From Chitinophagaceae bacterium (GTDB lineage: Bacteria; Bacteroidota; Bacteroidia; Chitinophagales; Chitinophagaceae): a stretch of 64,000 bases of DNA. The position numbers were made by a program, and so were the translations under genes. Shown here in pieces: positions 1-10,300 of this stretch (its first letter is position 1; the number at the start of each line of letters is the position of its first letter). The stretch is taken from assembly GCA_016719015.1 (NCBI GenBank), contig JADKAZ010000006.1:101835-165834 (forward strand), given 5' to 3'. The notes under the pieces are model-generated. The model searched no databases and was not told the DNA's origin. It worked only from the letters and a program-made list of their open reading frames with translations.

Positions 1-387
1 CTGATTGGAATGGCCAATAAAGTCATAGACCAATTCAATGGTGAAATTCCGATGACGGTAGATGAACTGGTGCAACTCCCCGGTGTAGGAAGAAAAACAG
101 CCAACGTTATTACTTCAGTAATTGACCGGCAACCCAACATGGCCGTGGATACACATGTTTTCCGGGTTAGTAAACGTATCGGCCTTGTTCCGCAAACAGC
201 CTCTACTCCGTTAGCCGTAGAAAAAGAATTGATTAAAAATATTCCCGAATCTCTCATACACAAAGCACATCACTGGTTAATACTACATGGCCGTTATGTT
301 TGTGTTGCCAGGAATCCCAGGTGTGAGTCATGTGGTTTACAACAGGCCTGCAGATATTTTCAACAAACAAAACCTGAGTATAATTAG
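1..387 (+). CDS. nth: Endonuclease III, 5'-partial
   Basis: HhH motif LVQLPGVGRKTANV, VDTHVFRV and C-terminal Fe-S motif C-x6-C-x2-C-x5-C; the frame is open from base 1. Confidence 0.95.
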   Translation: MIGMANKVIDQFNGEIPMTVDELVQLPGVGRKTANVITSVIDRQPNMAVDTHVFRVSKRIGLVPQTASTPLAVEKELIKNIPESLIHKAHHWLILHGRYVCVARNPRCESCGLQQACRYFQQTKPEYN

Positions 388-848
388 CAGGTAAATACGG
401 TGCAACCCGGGTTATCAAGGGCTGGCCCAGGACAACAAGGCTGAGAAATTAATATTGAAAATGTGGCCATTAACGCCACTCGTATTTCTTTTACAACCGG
501 GTGGCAGAGATAATATTCAAAATAATTCACTGTTTCAGGTAGTAAAAATACTGGCTAGCGGTTACCTATATTATTGATATATGAAAGTCAGCCTCCCCCG
601 GCACCTGCTTTATTAGCTACAAGACAAATTATTCAGAAAGTGTTGAATATTATGTAGATAAAGTAAAGAGAAAACTGAAATACCAGGAGAGCTATTTCCT
701 TTTAAAAAACAATAATTAAAAATGACCAAAGGCTTTTATCCTAAATTTTTTATTACTACTTTGGCACTCCCAATCCCCTGAATACCCTTCGATCCTCCCC
801 CTCTGACAAAACCCTACTCTATTTTTATTAAGTAAATTTTGTTTGAGG

Positions 849-1763
849 ATGAGAAAACTACTTGCAATAGCTCTGGGATGTACCCTTTTTGGACAATCAT
901 CAAAAGCCCAGTATTATTTTTATAATGATAAGTATTACGAAAATGCCGTCGTATTTGAGGTAGGTGTAACCGGTGGTGTGATGAATTCACTGACGGATCT
1001 GGGGGGCAAACAGGGAATCGGCAAAAACTTCATTAAAGATTTGAGGTGGAAAACAGCAAAAGCCAGCTATGGCCTTTATGTTGCTGCTAACTATATGGAT
1101 AAACTAACCCTTAGGTTAGAAGGAACGTTTGGCCAGGTTATAGGGTATGATAGTATTCTCAAAAATGTGGCGGCAACTACCAGCGGCCGGTATGAAAGAA
1201 ATCTAAGTTTTAAAAGTAAAATTTCAGAGGTTCAACTGGCATTGGAAGTGCATCCACTCATGTTTGGCAATTTTGATGACAGGGATCCTGCCTTACTTTC
1301 TCCCTATGGAATTATCGGTGTAGGCTATTATTCCTTTGACCCAAAGGCAAAACTCAACGGACAATGGTATTCCCTTCAGCCGCTCCGGCTGGAAGGGCAG
1401 GGTTTTAAAGAGTATCCTGACAGAAAACCCTACAAGCTCAATCAGCTTAATATATCAACAGGAATGGGTCTTAGGTATCAATTATCATCATTATTAAATG
1501 CGAGACTGGAATTTGTACACCGGATTTTGTTTACCGATTATCTTGATGATGCCAGTACTGGTTATGTTAACCCGGCACTTTTCAGTAACTATCTTTCTCC
1601 CAACAGAGCCGCCATAGCTCAGCAATTATTTGACAGAAAGGCTGAAATCACCCCGGGAGATGGGTCTAAAGCACAAGATCAACGGGGTGACCCAAAAGAC
1701 AATGATGCTTTTTTTACCATCCAATTTAAGATTGGTATTACGCTGGGCCGTCAAAAAAGGTAA
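849..1763 (+). CDS. Bacteroidota outer-membrane beta-barrel protein (DUF6089/PorT-like)
   Basis: Signal peptide ending AQ, amphipathic beta strands, RNLSFKS and RGDPKDND motifs. Confidence 0.7.
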   Translation: MRKLLAIALGCTLFGQSSKAQYYFYNDKYYENAVVFEVGVTGGVMNSLTDLGGKQGIGKNFIKDLRWKTAKASYGLYVAANYMDKLTLRLEGTFGQVIGYDSILKNVAATTSGRYERNLSFKSKISEVQLALEVHPLMFGNFDDRDPALLSPYGIIGVGYYSFDPKAKLNGQWYSLQPLRLEGQGFKEYPDRKPYKLNQLNISTGMGLRYQLSSLLNARLEFVHRILFTDYLDDASTGYVNPALFSNYLSPNRAAIAQQLFDRKAEITPGDGSKAQDQRGDPKDNDAFFTIQFKIGITLGRQKR

Positions 1764-1788
1764 ACCCCGCACTGAAATATATTGCGGT

Positions 1789-1821
1789 AAAAGCCGGGTT
1801 GCTAAATGCAGCCCGGCTTTT
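1789..1821. terminator. Intrinsic terminator
   Basis: AAAAGCCGGG...CCCGGCTTTT inverted repeat after the stop codon. Confidence 0.75.
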
Positions 1822-1946
1822 ACTTTATACAACACCCTTAATTAATTACCCTAATAGGGGTATTCTAAAGCAAACCTTATTTATTAGCTTTACACAAGTA
1901 CCCTCCTGAAAGCTCCGCACCCAAACGTACATTAACCTATACAACC

Positions 1947-4337
1947 ATGCAATTCGGAAACTTACTTTTTGATGAATCGCTGTTCAACAGCCGCCTTTGC
2001 TTTTCACCGTTAGTAAAAGCATTAAAGAAAAACATTGCCGAGGGTAACCCTGGTATGAAAAAACTTTATGGTCATGTAGTGCAGGAGTTTGAATCCTATC
2101 CGGAACTGATGAACACTATTTCCGATCTCGATATCCTGCTCCCTCACTCAGAACTGATTGAAGAATTACTATCTGCCGTTTTTCCTCCAACGACAGCTAA
2201 CTTTATGTATGGTGTGTCTTTACCCTTCAAACACCAGGCTGTATATGCTTCGCCCCGATTTAAATCAATGCTGAAACCTGGCTCTAATGAAATAAATGTA
2301 CCTAACGGACAACCGGGAACCAATCTTAGCGAGGAAAAACTTCAGTTTGCTTACGGTCTGATATTAAAAAAATACCTGGGTGTCAATAGCCCCGAATCAT
2401 CAAGGTCTATTCATCCCTACCCCGATAAGGAAACCGGGCTTACCCGTTACCTCGAATTACGTATTGATGCCCGGTTTATCGATGTCAATCCTATGGATGA
2501 AATGCCCCAACTGCCAGAAAGCATTTTAAATCAACAGACCAATAATATCATGACAATGGCAGAGCTGATGGAAAAAATACCATTAGAAAAATTCGTCTTT
2601 GAAGGTGTTTCTGTACTTCGGGTAAATGATGTAACCGAACAAGAGGTAATCAACCAGATTAAAAACCGGTTGTTGGATATCAACGCTTTTTCTGATGCAG
2701 CTGTTTACACAGAACTGGAAACCTATATCCAAAGTCTAATTGGTATAAAGGATTTAACCATTGGCATCACTCCTTTTTTTAAGATTAACAACCACTACGT
2801 TTATTCTGATTTACATAATAACAATAGTATCCTGTTCCGGCATTTTCATTCCTCTTCCGAGAAAGATGAAATAAGTGATTATTGTAAACTGCTGTTTCGT
2901 GACAGTGACCAGCCCCTTTTATTCGAAACACTGAACGAACAGTCGCTGAGTGATGTACAATGTTTGCAATATTATCATCTCGAAGGTGCCAGAAGCTTAA
3001 TTATTTGCCCGTTGAAAAATAAAAGTGGGATTATTGGTATGCTCGAGGTAATGTCCACTAAAAGCAAGCAGCTGATACCAGGATATATAAGCAAAATAGA
3101 ACCTGCTATTCCATTATTCACACTCGGTTGTGAAAAAAGCCTGGAGGACCTTAATAATGAAGTGGACCGGGTTATAAAGAAAAAATTTACAGCTGTACAA
3201 CCAGCAGTAGAGTGGAAATTTACTGAAGCCGCATTAAACTACATCGTAAAGAAGCATGAAAAGGAAGATGTAAAGATTGATCGCATTGCCCTTAATGATG
3301 TACATCCTTTATATGGCGCTATTGATATACGCAATTCTTCCACCGCCAGGTCCCATGCCATACAATTAGATATTGTAGAGCAACTCGAACTGGCGCAAAA
3401 AGTGATTAAAAAGGCACAGGCAACTATGCCATTCCCTTTATTACAGGAAATAGAATTTAAAATTGATAAATTCATTATTTCTGCTTCGGATGTATTGCAA
3501 TCCGGCGAAGAACTGAGTATACAGGACTTTTTACAGGGACAGGTAGTGGGAATGTTTAATCATTTGCACAATACCGAACCTTCAATGAAAAACGAAATTG
3601 AACATTATTTTTCAGCCCTTGATCCGCAAATCGGGATGCTGTATCACCACCGCAAAGAGTATGAAGAAAGTGTATCACGGATAAATGATACCCTGGCCCG
3701 TTATATTGACAAAGAACAGATTGCAGCCCAAAAAGTATATCCGCATTATTTTGAGCGGTATGTAACGGATGGGCTGGAGTTTAATATTTATATGGGACAG
3801 GCCATTTCGCCCCGTAAAAAATTTGATGAAATATACCTGCGAAACTTAAAAATGTGGCAGCTAACTGTACTTACAAAAGCTGCAAGGGTTACGCATGAAT
3901 TAGAGAAGGAGCTTAGCCATCCACTGCGAACCACACAATTAATACTATCGCATGGACAGACACTTTCTATTCTATTCCGTACAGAAGAAAGGAAATTTGA
4001 TGTGGATGGAGCTTATAATATCCGCTATGAAATTGTGAAAAAAAGAATTGACAAAGCCCACATAAAAAATACTAATGAGCGGTTAACACAACCTGGCAAA
4101 ATTGCTATTGTATATTCCCAATCAAAAGATGCAGCAGAGTATACCGAGTATATTGAGTTTTTGCAAAATAAAAAATTGCTGAAGCCCGGTATCGAAAATC
4201 ATGACCTCGAAGAATTGCAGGGAGTCGTTGGTCTTAAAGCACTACGGGTAGATGTTAACTTCGACGATCTGCCGCAAGGAGAAAAAACAGTGACCCTTTC
4301 AAACACCACTTCTGAACAATTGATTGGTGGTAAATAA
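1947..4337 (+). CDS. GAF-domain protein with putative cryptic class III cyclase-like C-terminus
   Basis: GAF-like segment (SLIICPLKNKSGIIGMLEV) followed by DIRNSS, YVTDG, FDVDGAYN, QPGKIAI and ELQG motifs. Confidence 0.75.
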   Translation: MQFGNLLFDESLFNSRLCFSPLVKALKKNIAEGNPGMKKLYGHVVQEFESYPELMNTISDLDILLPHSELIEELLSAVFPPTTANFMYGVSLPFKHQAVYASPRFKSMLKPGSNEINVPNGQPGTNLSEEKLQFAYGLILKKYLGVNSPESSRSIHPYPDKETGLTRYLELRIDARFIDVNPMDEMPQLPESILNQQTNNIMTMAELMEKIPLEKFVFEGVSVLRVNDVTEQEVINQIKNRLLDINAFSDAAVYTELETYIQSLIGIKDLTIGITPFFKINNHYVYSDLHNNNSILFRHFHSSSEKDEISDYCKLLFRDSDQPLLFETLNEQSLSDVQCLQYYHLEGARSLIICPLKNKSGIIGMLEVMSTKSKQLIPGYISKIEPAIPLFTLGCEKSLEDLNNEVDRVIKKKFTAVQPAVEWKFTEAALNYIVKKHEKEDVKIDRIALNDVHPLYGAIDIRNSSTARSHAIQLDIVEQLELAQKVIKKAQATMPFPLLQEIEFKIDKFIISASDVLQSGEELSIQDFLQGQVVGMFNHLHNTEPSMKNEIEHYFSALDPQIGMLYHHRKEYEESVSRINDTLARYIDKEQIAAQKVYPHYFERYVTDGLEFNIYMGQAISPRKKFDEIYLRNLKMWQLTVLTKAARVTHELEKELSHPLRTTQLILSHGQTLSILFRTEERKFDVDGAYNIRYEIVKKRIDKAHIKNTNERLTQPGKIAIVYSQSKDAAEYTEYIEFLQNKKLLKPGIENHDLEELQGVVGLKALRVDVNFDDLPQGEKTVTLSNTTSEQLIGGK

Positions 4338-4360
4338 CCTCCATTTTTGATTAAAAAAAT

Positions 4361-4386
4361 AAAGCCAGCTCTTTCGAACTGGCTTT
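4361..4386. terminator. Bidirectional terminator between convergent genes
   Basis: AAAGCCAG-N10-CTGGCTTT. Confidence 0.7.
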
Positions 4387-4412
4387 ATAATTATTATTAT
4401 GGAAAGGAAATA

Positions 4413-7001
4413 TTAGAATCTCCAACCCAAACTTACCAATGGTATTTTATCTTCTTTAGAGATAGCATACGAAGCAGTAATTAACAACCGGCGGAGTGGT
4501 GAAAACCAGATACCACCTCCGTAACCGCTGAAGAATTTTTTGTCGTTATCCTCATCTACCCATACTCTTCCTGCATCAATAAAAGCAATAATACCAAACG
4601 CAGCAGGGAAAAGATAGGTTTTGAAATTCGCTAAGCGAAGGCGCATTTCAGCCTGGTTATAGAATTTGGACTTGCCGGCAAATCTTTCTCTTCTAAAACC
4701 TCTTAAGTTATCATCTGAGCCAAGATATTGAGCATGGAAAAACTCGAATCCTTCACCCAGTGTAATACCCCCACCAGTGCGGTTTGCAAATGTCAGGCGG
4801 TCAGGTATCAGGTTAAAGTAAAAAGCAAAATCACTGTTGATCTGTGTCACTTTATCATAGCTGTTATCACCCAATCCCTTAAGTGCTTTAACAGTACTTA
4901 CCCAGTTAATACCACTCTCCGGCAGTATTTTATTATCCCTTGAATCAACGATCAAAGAAAGCCTTGCACCAACATAGGATTGTCTTTCAAAAATAGTGGC
5001 AGGATTCAGGCCGGCAGCCACAGTGTTCAATACCACATTTCTTACCGCATTCAATTTTTCATCTTTGTCCATGCTATACCACTGGAAGGTGGGGCCAAAA
5101 GTCAGCATCACTTTATCGCTGAACCGCTGACGTATTTGTAATGAAACATCGCCCAAGTCATAACGAATTCTGTAATACCTGAATCTTCTTGAATTGACAC
5201 CTCCCGTGTTAGTGCCGATATTTTTATCATACACACTGTTCACCCCGTAGCCAAAGAAATTGGTAGTATTATTCGGGCCTTTATATTCAACATCGGTTAA
5301 CAGGTCAGTCTTATCTCCCAACGCTGAAATAAATTCATTATTATACCGGAGATTTACAGCTTTTGTAGAAAAAGCATACGTCCCTTTGAACTGATGTAAA
5401 GTCTTGTAAGGTACTTTACGGAAGCCATGGCGGATGTATTTGAATGTTGGCCCGATAGATACTCCATCATCCGGATTGAACCCCAGTGTCAGAAAAATTG
5501 ACTGGAACGGATACTTGTAAGAAAGTCTGTCAAATTTATTGACAGCACTATCGTTAGACATTTTGGTGGTAAAGCGGCCGGTAATTTTATTTCCACCGTC
5601 CAGCTTATCATAAATTATTGCACCAGACTGTTTGGAGCCGGGATTTTCAAAGACATCTTCTCCGCCACCACCAATCAGTCTCACCTTTATTTTATCATTA
5701 TCGCCATGCATTACAAATTTGTCCTCTCCGTCCATTCCATAAATTCTTAACTCCTTAGTCACTAAAGGGAAAAATTTTCTTTCATACATTTTAGTACTTT
5801 GTCCTCCGTCTTTATCTATTTTATAAACCTGTACCAAGGCAGTGCCATCACTGTTACGGGTAATATCATACAGCTCTTTTTTATCACTTCCTGTTATACT
5901 TACGGTTTGCGAAATGAAACGATAATACTCCATAACCTCAGCAACCAGGTTATTACGACGGGCTTTTAAGGTTTCAGCAATTTTTCCGGCAGAGATTGAA
6001 CGAATTTCATGTGGTTGCTGAGCCATAGCCCTGTCAATCACCTCATCCGTCATTTGGGAAACAAGTTTTTCAGCTGTAGTTTTCCAGTCTTCTTCGGTAA
6101 GTTGGGTTAAGAAAAATCTATCAAGGTTACGGGCTGCAAAGTTGAAACGGCTGATGCTCTTTGCCGCCGGTTTAAATCCTTCCAACTGCGGAACTAATGA
6201 ACGGCCCTTAATTAATCCAGGTAATATGCCCTGGTTGATGTAGAAAGCCTGGTCACGGTCTTTTGCTATGGGATAAAAAATTTTGCCTTTGCCATTCGGG
6301 CTGTCATAAGCACCCCATATCCACTGGTCTTCGTGACGATCCAGATCCATTACAAACATATCAAGCACCCTGATTTTCAATAGGGCCAGCTGGTCAACAT
6401 CGTTATCGTTATCTTTTTCTAACTTGTCCGCCACTTCTTCTGAATCCCAACCCTTTTTTGTAGAATCAGGCAGCCTTTCTTCAAAAAGGGCCAGCATATT
6501 GGCAAAATCCTCCCGGTACTCACCAAGTTTAGGATCATCGGCAATATGAACAAGTTTTACATCACCATGTGGTATACCTGCAGCTTTTGCGAGTACATTT
6601 ACTGATAATGCAGCATACGGATATGATGCAGAAACACCATCGGATACAAGATCTGCAGCCGCATCGCTCTGCAAATCACCGGGCAATGTCTTACTGGTAA
6701 TAAATTTTGTTATGGAACGAAGTGTGTATTGCCTTCCGGAGGGGTCTTCTACCCTTAGCGATTTGGTTTGCTTACCACCACCTCTTTTAACGGGGGTTAA
6801 CCCTCCGTGAGATGTTGACAATTTTAAAACGGGTGCTTTTACGGGAGTATTCCATTCCGTACGGTAATTAGCACCCATCCAAGAGGTCCTGCTCCTGGAT
6901 GTACTGAAATTCCCTCCCTTGGAGGCTACCGAATCAGTCTGGGCATTACCTTGGGTTATGGCAATAAAAAAAGATACAAAAAAAACAAAAAGCAGTCTCA
7001 T
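4413..7001 (-). CDS. Omp85 (BamA/TamA-like) barrel protein with N-terminal atypical kinase-like domain
   Basis: Signal peptide; GGGKQTKSL, DLDRHEDQW and DRDQAF motifs; GGxGxD repeats; LRGFRRERF loop-6 motif; C-terminal GWRF. Confidence 0.8.
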   Translation of the reverse strand: MRLLFVFFVSFFIAITQGNAQTDSVASKGGNFSTSRSRTSWMGANYRTEWNTPVKAPVLKLSTSHGGLTPVKRGGGKQTKSLRVEDPSGRQYTLRSITKFITSKTLPGDLQSDAAADLVSDGVSASYPYAALSVNVLAKAAGIPHGDVKLVHIADDPKLGEYREDFANMLALFEERLPDSTKKGWDSEEVADKLEKDNDNDVDQLALLKIRVLDMFVMDLDRHEDQWIWGAYDSPNGKGKIFYPIAKDRDQAFYINQGILPGLIKGRSLVPQLEGFKPAAKSISRFNFAARNLDRFFLTQLTEEDWKTTAEKLVSQMTDEVIDRAMAQQPHEIRSISAGKIAETLKARRNNLVAEVMEYYRFISQTVSITGSDKKELYDITRNSDGTALVQVYKIDKDGGQSTKMYERKFFPLVTKELRIYGMDGEDKFVMHGDNDKIKVRLIGGGGEDVFENPGSKQSGAIIYDKLDGGNKITGRFTTKMSNDSAVNKFDRLSYKYPFQSIFLTLGFNPDDGVSIGPTFKYIRHGFRKVPYKTLHQFKGTYAFSTKAVNLRYNNEFISALGDKTDLLTDVEYKGPNNTTNFFGYGVNSVYDKNIGTNTGGVNSRRFRYYRIRYDLGDVSLQIRQRFSDKVMLTFGPTFQWYSMDKDEKLNAVRNVVLNTVAAGLNPATIFERQSYVGARLSLIVDSRDNKILPESGINWVSTVKALKGLGDNSYDKVTQINSDFAFYFNLIPDRLTFANRTGGGITLGEGFEFFHAQYLGSDDNLRGFRRERFAGKSKFYNQAEMRLRLANFKTYLFPAAFGIIAFIDAGRVWVDEDNDKKFFSGYGGGIWFSPLRRLLITASYAISKEDKIPLVSLGWRF

Positions 7002-7345
7002 GGTTGCAGGTTTAATTGATTAAATAGTATCCGGGGCAGTAACTCCCGGCGGCAAAAGATACAATTTTTTGAAAATTACACAAATAATAACATATCTGTA
7101 AAAATTTTGAAGGTAAAATGAACCAGCCGAGTCTAATCATGTTTTAGTGCTAAGCATATTATTCTCTTTACATTCGCATATTTTTTACGCTGTATGATAT
7201 TCCAGAGAAAGTTTTATGTAAATTGAAAACTTTCTTTGGTAGGTGAATATCTCACCACCTTAAAATAGGTTGTTGTGGTTTTACAATTTTAAATTACTGG
7301 TGAGGAAGTTGTGCTTTAGCCAGGTAGTCTTATTAACGGGAGGTA

Positions 7346-10300
7346 ATGAAAAAATATATTGTTCTGATTAGTGGGTTGTTCTTGTTGAATCTGACACTTA
7401 AAGCCCAGGAAGATACAATCATTCAGCGTATTGTGCTTATTGGCGATGCCGGGCAACTGACCAATGGCATCCACCCCGTTGTTGACGCTGTTAGAAATAA
7501 TATCAAATTAGATAAAAAAACTACTGTTGTATATCTCGGAGACAACCTTTACAAAGTTGGATTACCGGATGACCAGTCAGCAGCTTATAAAGCATCAAGA
7601 GCTGTACTTGATTCACAACTTTCTGTAGCCGATGGCACAGGCGCCAAGGTTTATATGATACCCGGCAACCATGACTGGGATAACGGCCGTCGGGGTGGTT
7701 ACGATGCTATTATTCGTCAGCAGTTATATGTTGATTTTATAAATAAGCGTAATGTCAAATTTCTGCCGGAAGATGGTTGTCCCGGACCGGTAGAAGTAAG
7801 CCTGAGCAATGATGTTACACTGATAATATTCGACAGTCAGTGGTGGATTCACCCGTTTGATAAACCGGAAATTGAATCTGATTGCGCCTGCAAAACAAAA
7901 GATGAGCTTGTATCAAAAATCGGAGACATCGCCGCCCGCAATTCAAAAAAATTAGTCCTGCTGGCCTCTCACCATCCCTTTAAAAGTAACGGGATGCATG
8001 GTGGTTTTTATACATTTAAGCAGCATATCTTTCCGTTAACAGATATGAAAAAAAATTTGTACATACCATTACCGGTAATAGGTTCCATTTACCCGATAGC
8101 CAGAAGCGTTTTTGGAACGCCGCAGGATTTAAAACATCCTAACTATGCTAATATGGTGCAGGAGATAACCAAAGTTGTAAAACCTTCACCCTATGTTGTT
8201 TTTGTTTCCGGGCATGATCATAACCTGCAACATATTAAAGAGGATGGACTTAATTACATCGTAAGCGGCGGCGGTTGTAAGCAGAACAGGACATCGCAAG
8301 CAAGCAATAGCCTTTATAATTCTTCCAACACCGGTTTCTCCGTAATGGAGGTATCCAAAAATAAAAATGTTACTATTGATTTTTATACCGTTTCGGATAG
8401 CGGTGTAGCTACAAAAACATATACCAACACTCTATTCAACTTTAACAAGCTGCCTGACGAAGCCCTGGATACAAATGCTCAAATCGTTGATGACCCTTTC
8501 TTAAAATATAAAGACACTTTTACCATTGCCGCCAGTAAAAATTTTCCGCTGATAAAAGGAATGAAGAAATTTTTTATGGGTCAGAATTACCGGGCTGAAT
8601 GGTCTACACCGGTAAACATGAAAGTCTTCAATATTTCAACTGAAAAAGGCGGTATGAAGGCCGTGGGTGTCGGTGGAGGTAATCAAACAAAATCCTTGCA
8701 ACTGGTAGATAAAAAAGGGAAGGAGTGGGTGCTTCGCAGTATGAATAAAAACCCCTCCAAAGCCATTCCTGAGGCATTCCGGGGCTCTTTTGCAGAGGAT
8801 TTGGTGGCTGAACTCAGTTCCGCTTCTCATCCTTACGGTGCACTTGCATTTCCTGTGTTGGCAAAATCATTGGATTTAACCGTTGCAAAGCCTGAATTAT
8901 TTTTTGTTCCCGACGATCCTGCTTTAGGATTTTGGAGGCCACTGTTTGCCAATAATGTTTGTATGCTGGAGGAAAAACATGCCCCACCGGATGGAAGTGA
9001 TACAAAAACAACTGCTAAGGTCTTTAATAAAATGCTGGATGAAAATGACCACCTTCCGGACCAGCCTATTGTATTAAAGGCAAGACTATTAGATATTATT
9101 ACCGGCGATTTTGACAGGCATTTTGATCAATGGAGATGGGGAACTGTTGATACAGGTAAAGGAAAAATTTATTACCCCATACCAAGGGACAGGGACCAGG
9201 CTTTCTTTTACTCTGATGGTGCCATATTAAAAGCGGTAAGTGACGGAACCTTACCTTTCCTCAAAGGTTTCAGAAAAGATATTCCAAAAGTGAATTGGCT
9301 GGGTTACACAGCGAGAGATTTTGACCGTATCTTTTTGACAGACCTTGATCAGGGCGACTGGGAAAAAACAATAGCTGAAGTGCAACAAAAAATCAGCGAC
9401 TCGGTAATCAGGGCAGCAGTAAAAAAAATGCCGTCTGAAATTTTCCCTATCCGGGGTGAAACGATTATCAAAAAAATGATCAGCCGCCGGGACTTGCTCC
9501 CAAAGGAAGCAATGTCTTATTACAAGTTTATTTCAAAAAAAGTAAACGTAATGGGCAGTAACCAACGGGAATATTTTAAAGTAAGTAATTACGGTGAAGG
9601 TTTACAGGTAAAAGTATATGCCCGGTCAAAAGGGAATGACACCAATTTTGTGATGTATAACAGAATATTCAACCCCTCTGTTACCCGTGAGATAAGATTA
9701 TATGGAATGAATGATGATGATCTTTTTGAAATAGAAGAAAATGCAAAATCACGGATCAAGATCCGCATTATAGGCGGAAAGGGTAATGATACATTTGATA
9801 TCCGTGGCCAAACAGAAGCGTTGTTATATGATTTAAAAACAGATGGCAATTTTATAAAGAATAGCAGCCATGCAAAAAATCGTTTCTCACTCGACCCTCC
9901 CGTCAACGATAAAAATGTACTTGGCTTTAATTATAACACAACCAAAGTACCCCTGATTAACCTGCATTACAATTCGGATGATGGTCTCCTGGTGGGTGCT
10001 GGTATTGCAAGACGAACCTATGGCTTCCGCAACCTACCTTATGCATCAGACCAAAAATTTGGTATTTTATATGCACCCAACCGTAAGGCCTTTCAACTTA
10101 ATTACCGGGGAGAGTTTAACCATATTACCCGTACTACAGACCTTATATTAAAAGGGAATTTTTCAAACCCGGCATTAAGAAACTTTACAGGTCTTACTAA
10201 TAATCCACAGGTTGATAAAAACAGGAATTTCAATTATTACCAGACCCGTTTCCGGTCATTGGAGCTGGAAGCCTTAGTACGGAAACGTTTTTTTGAAAAA

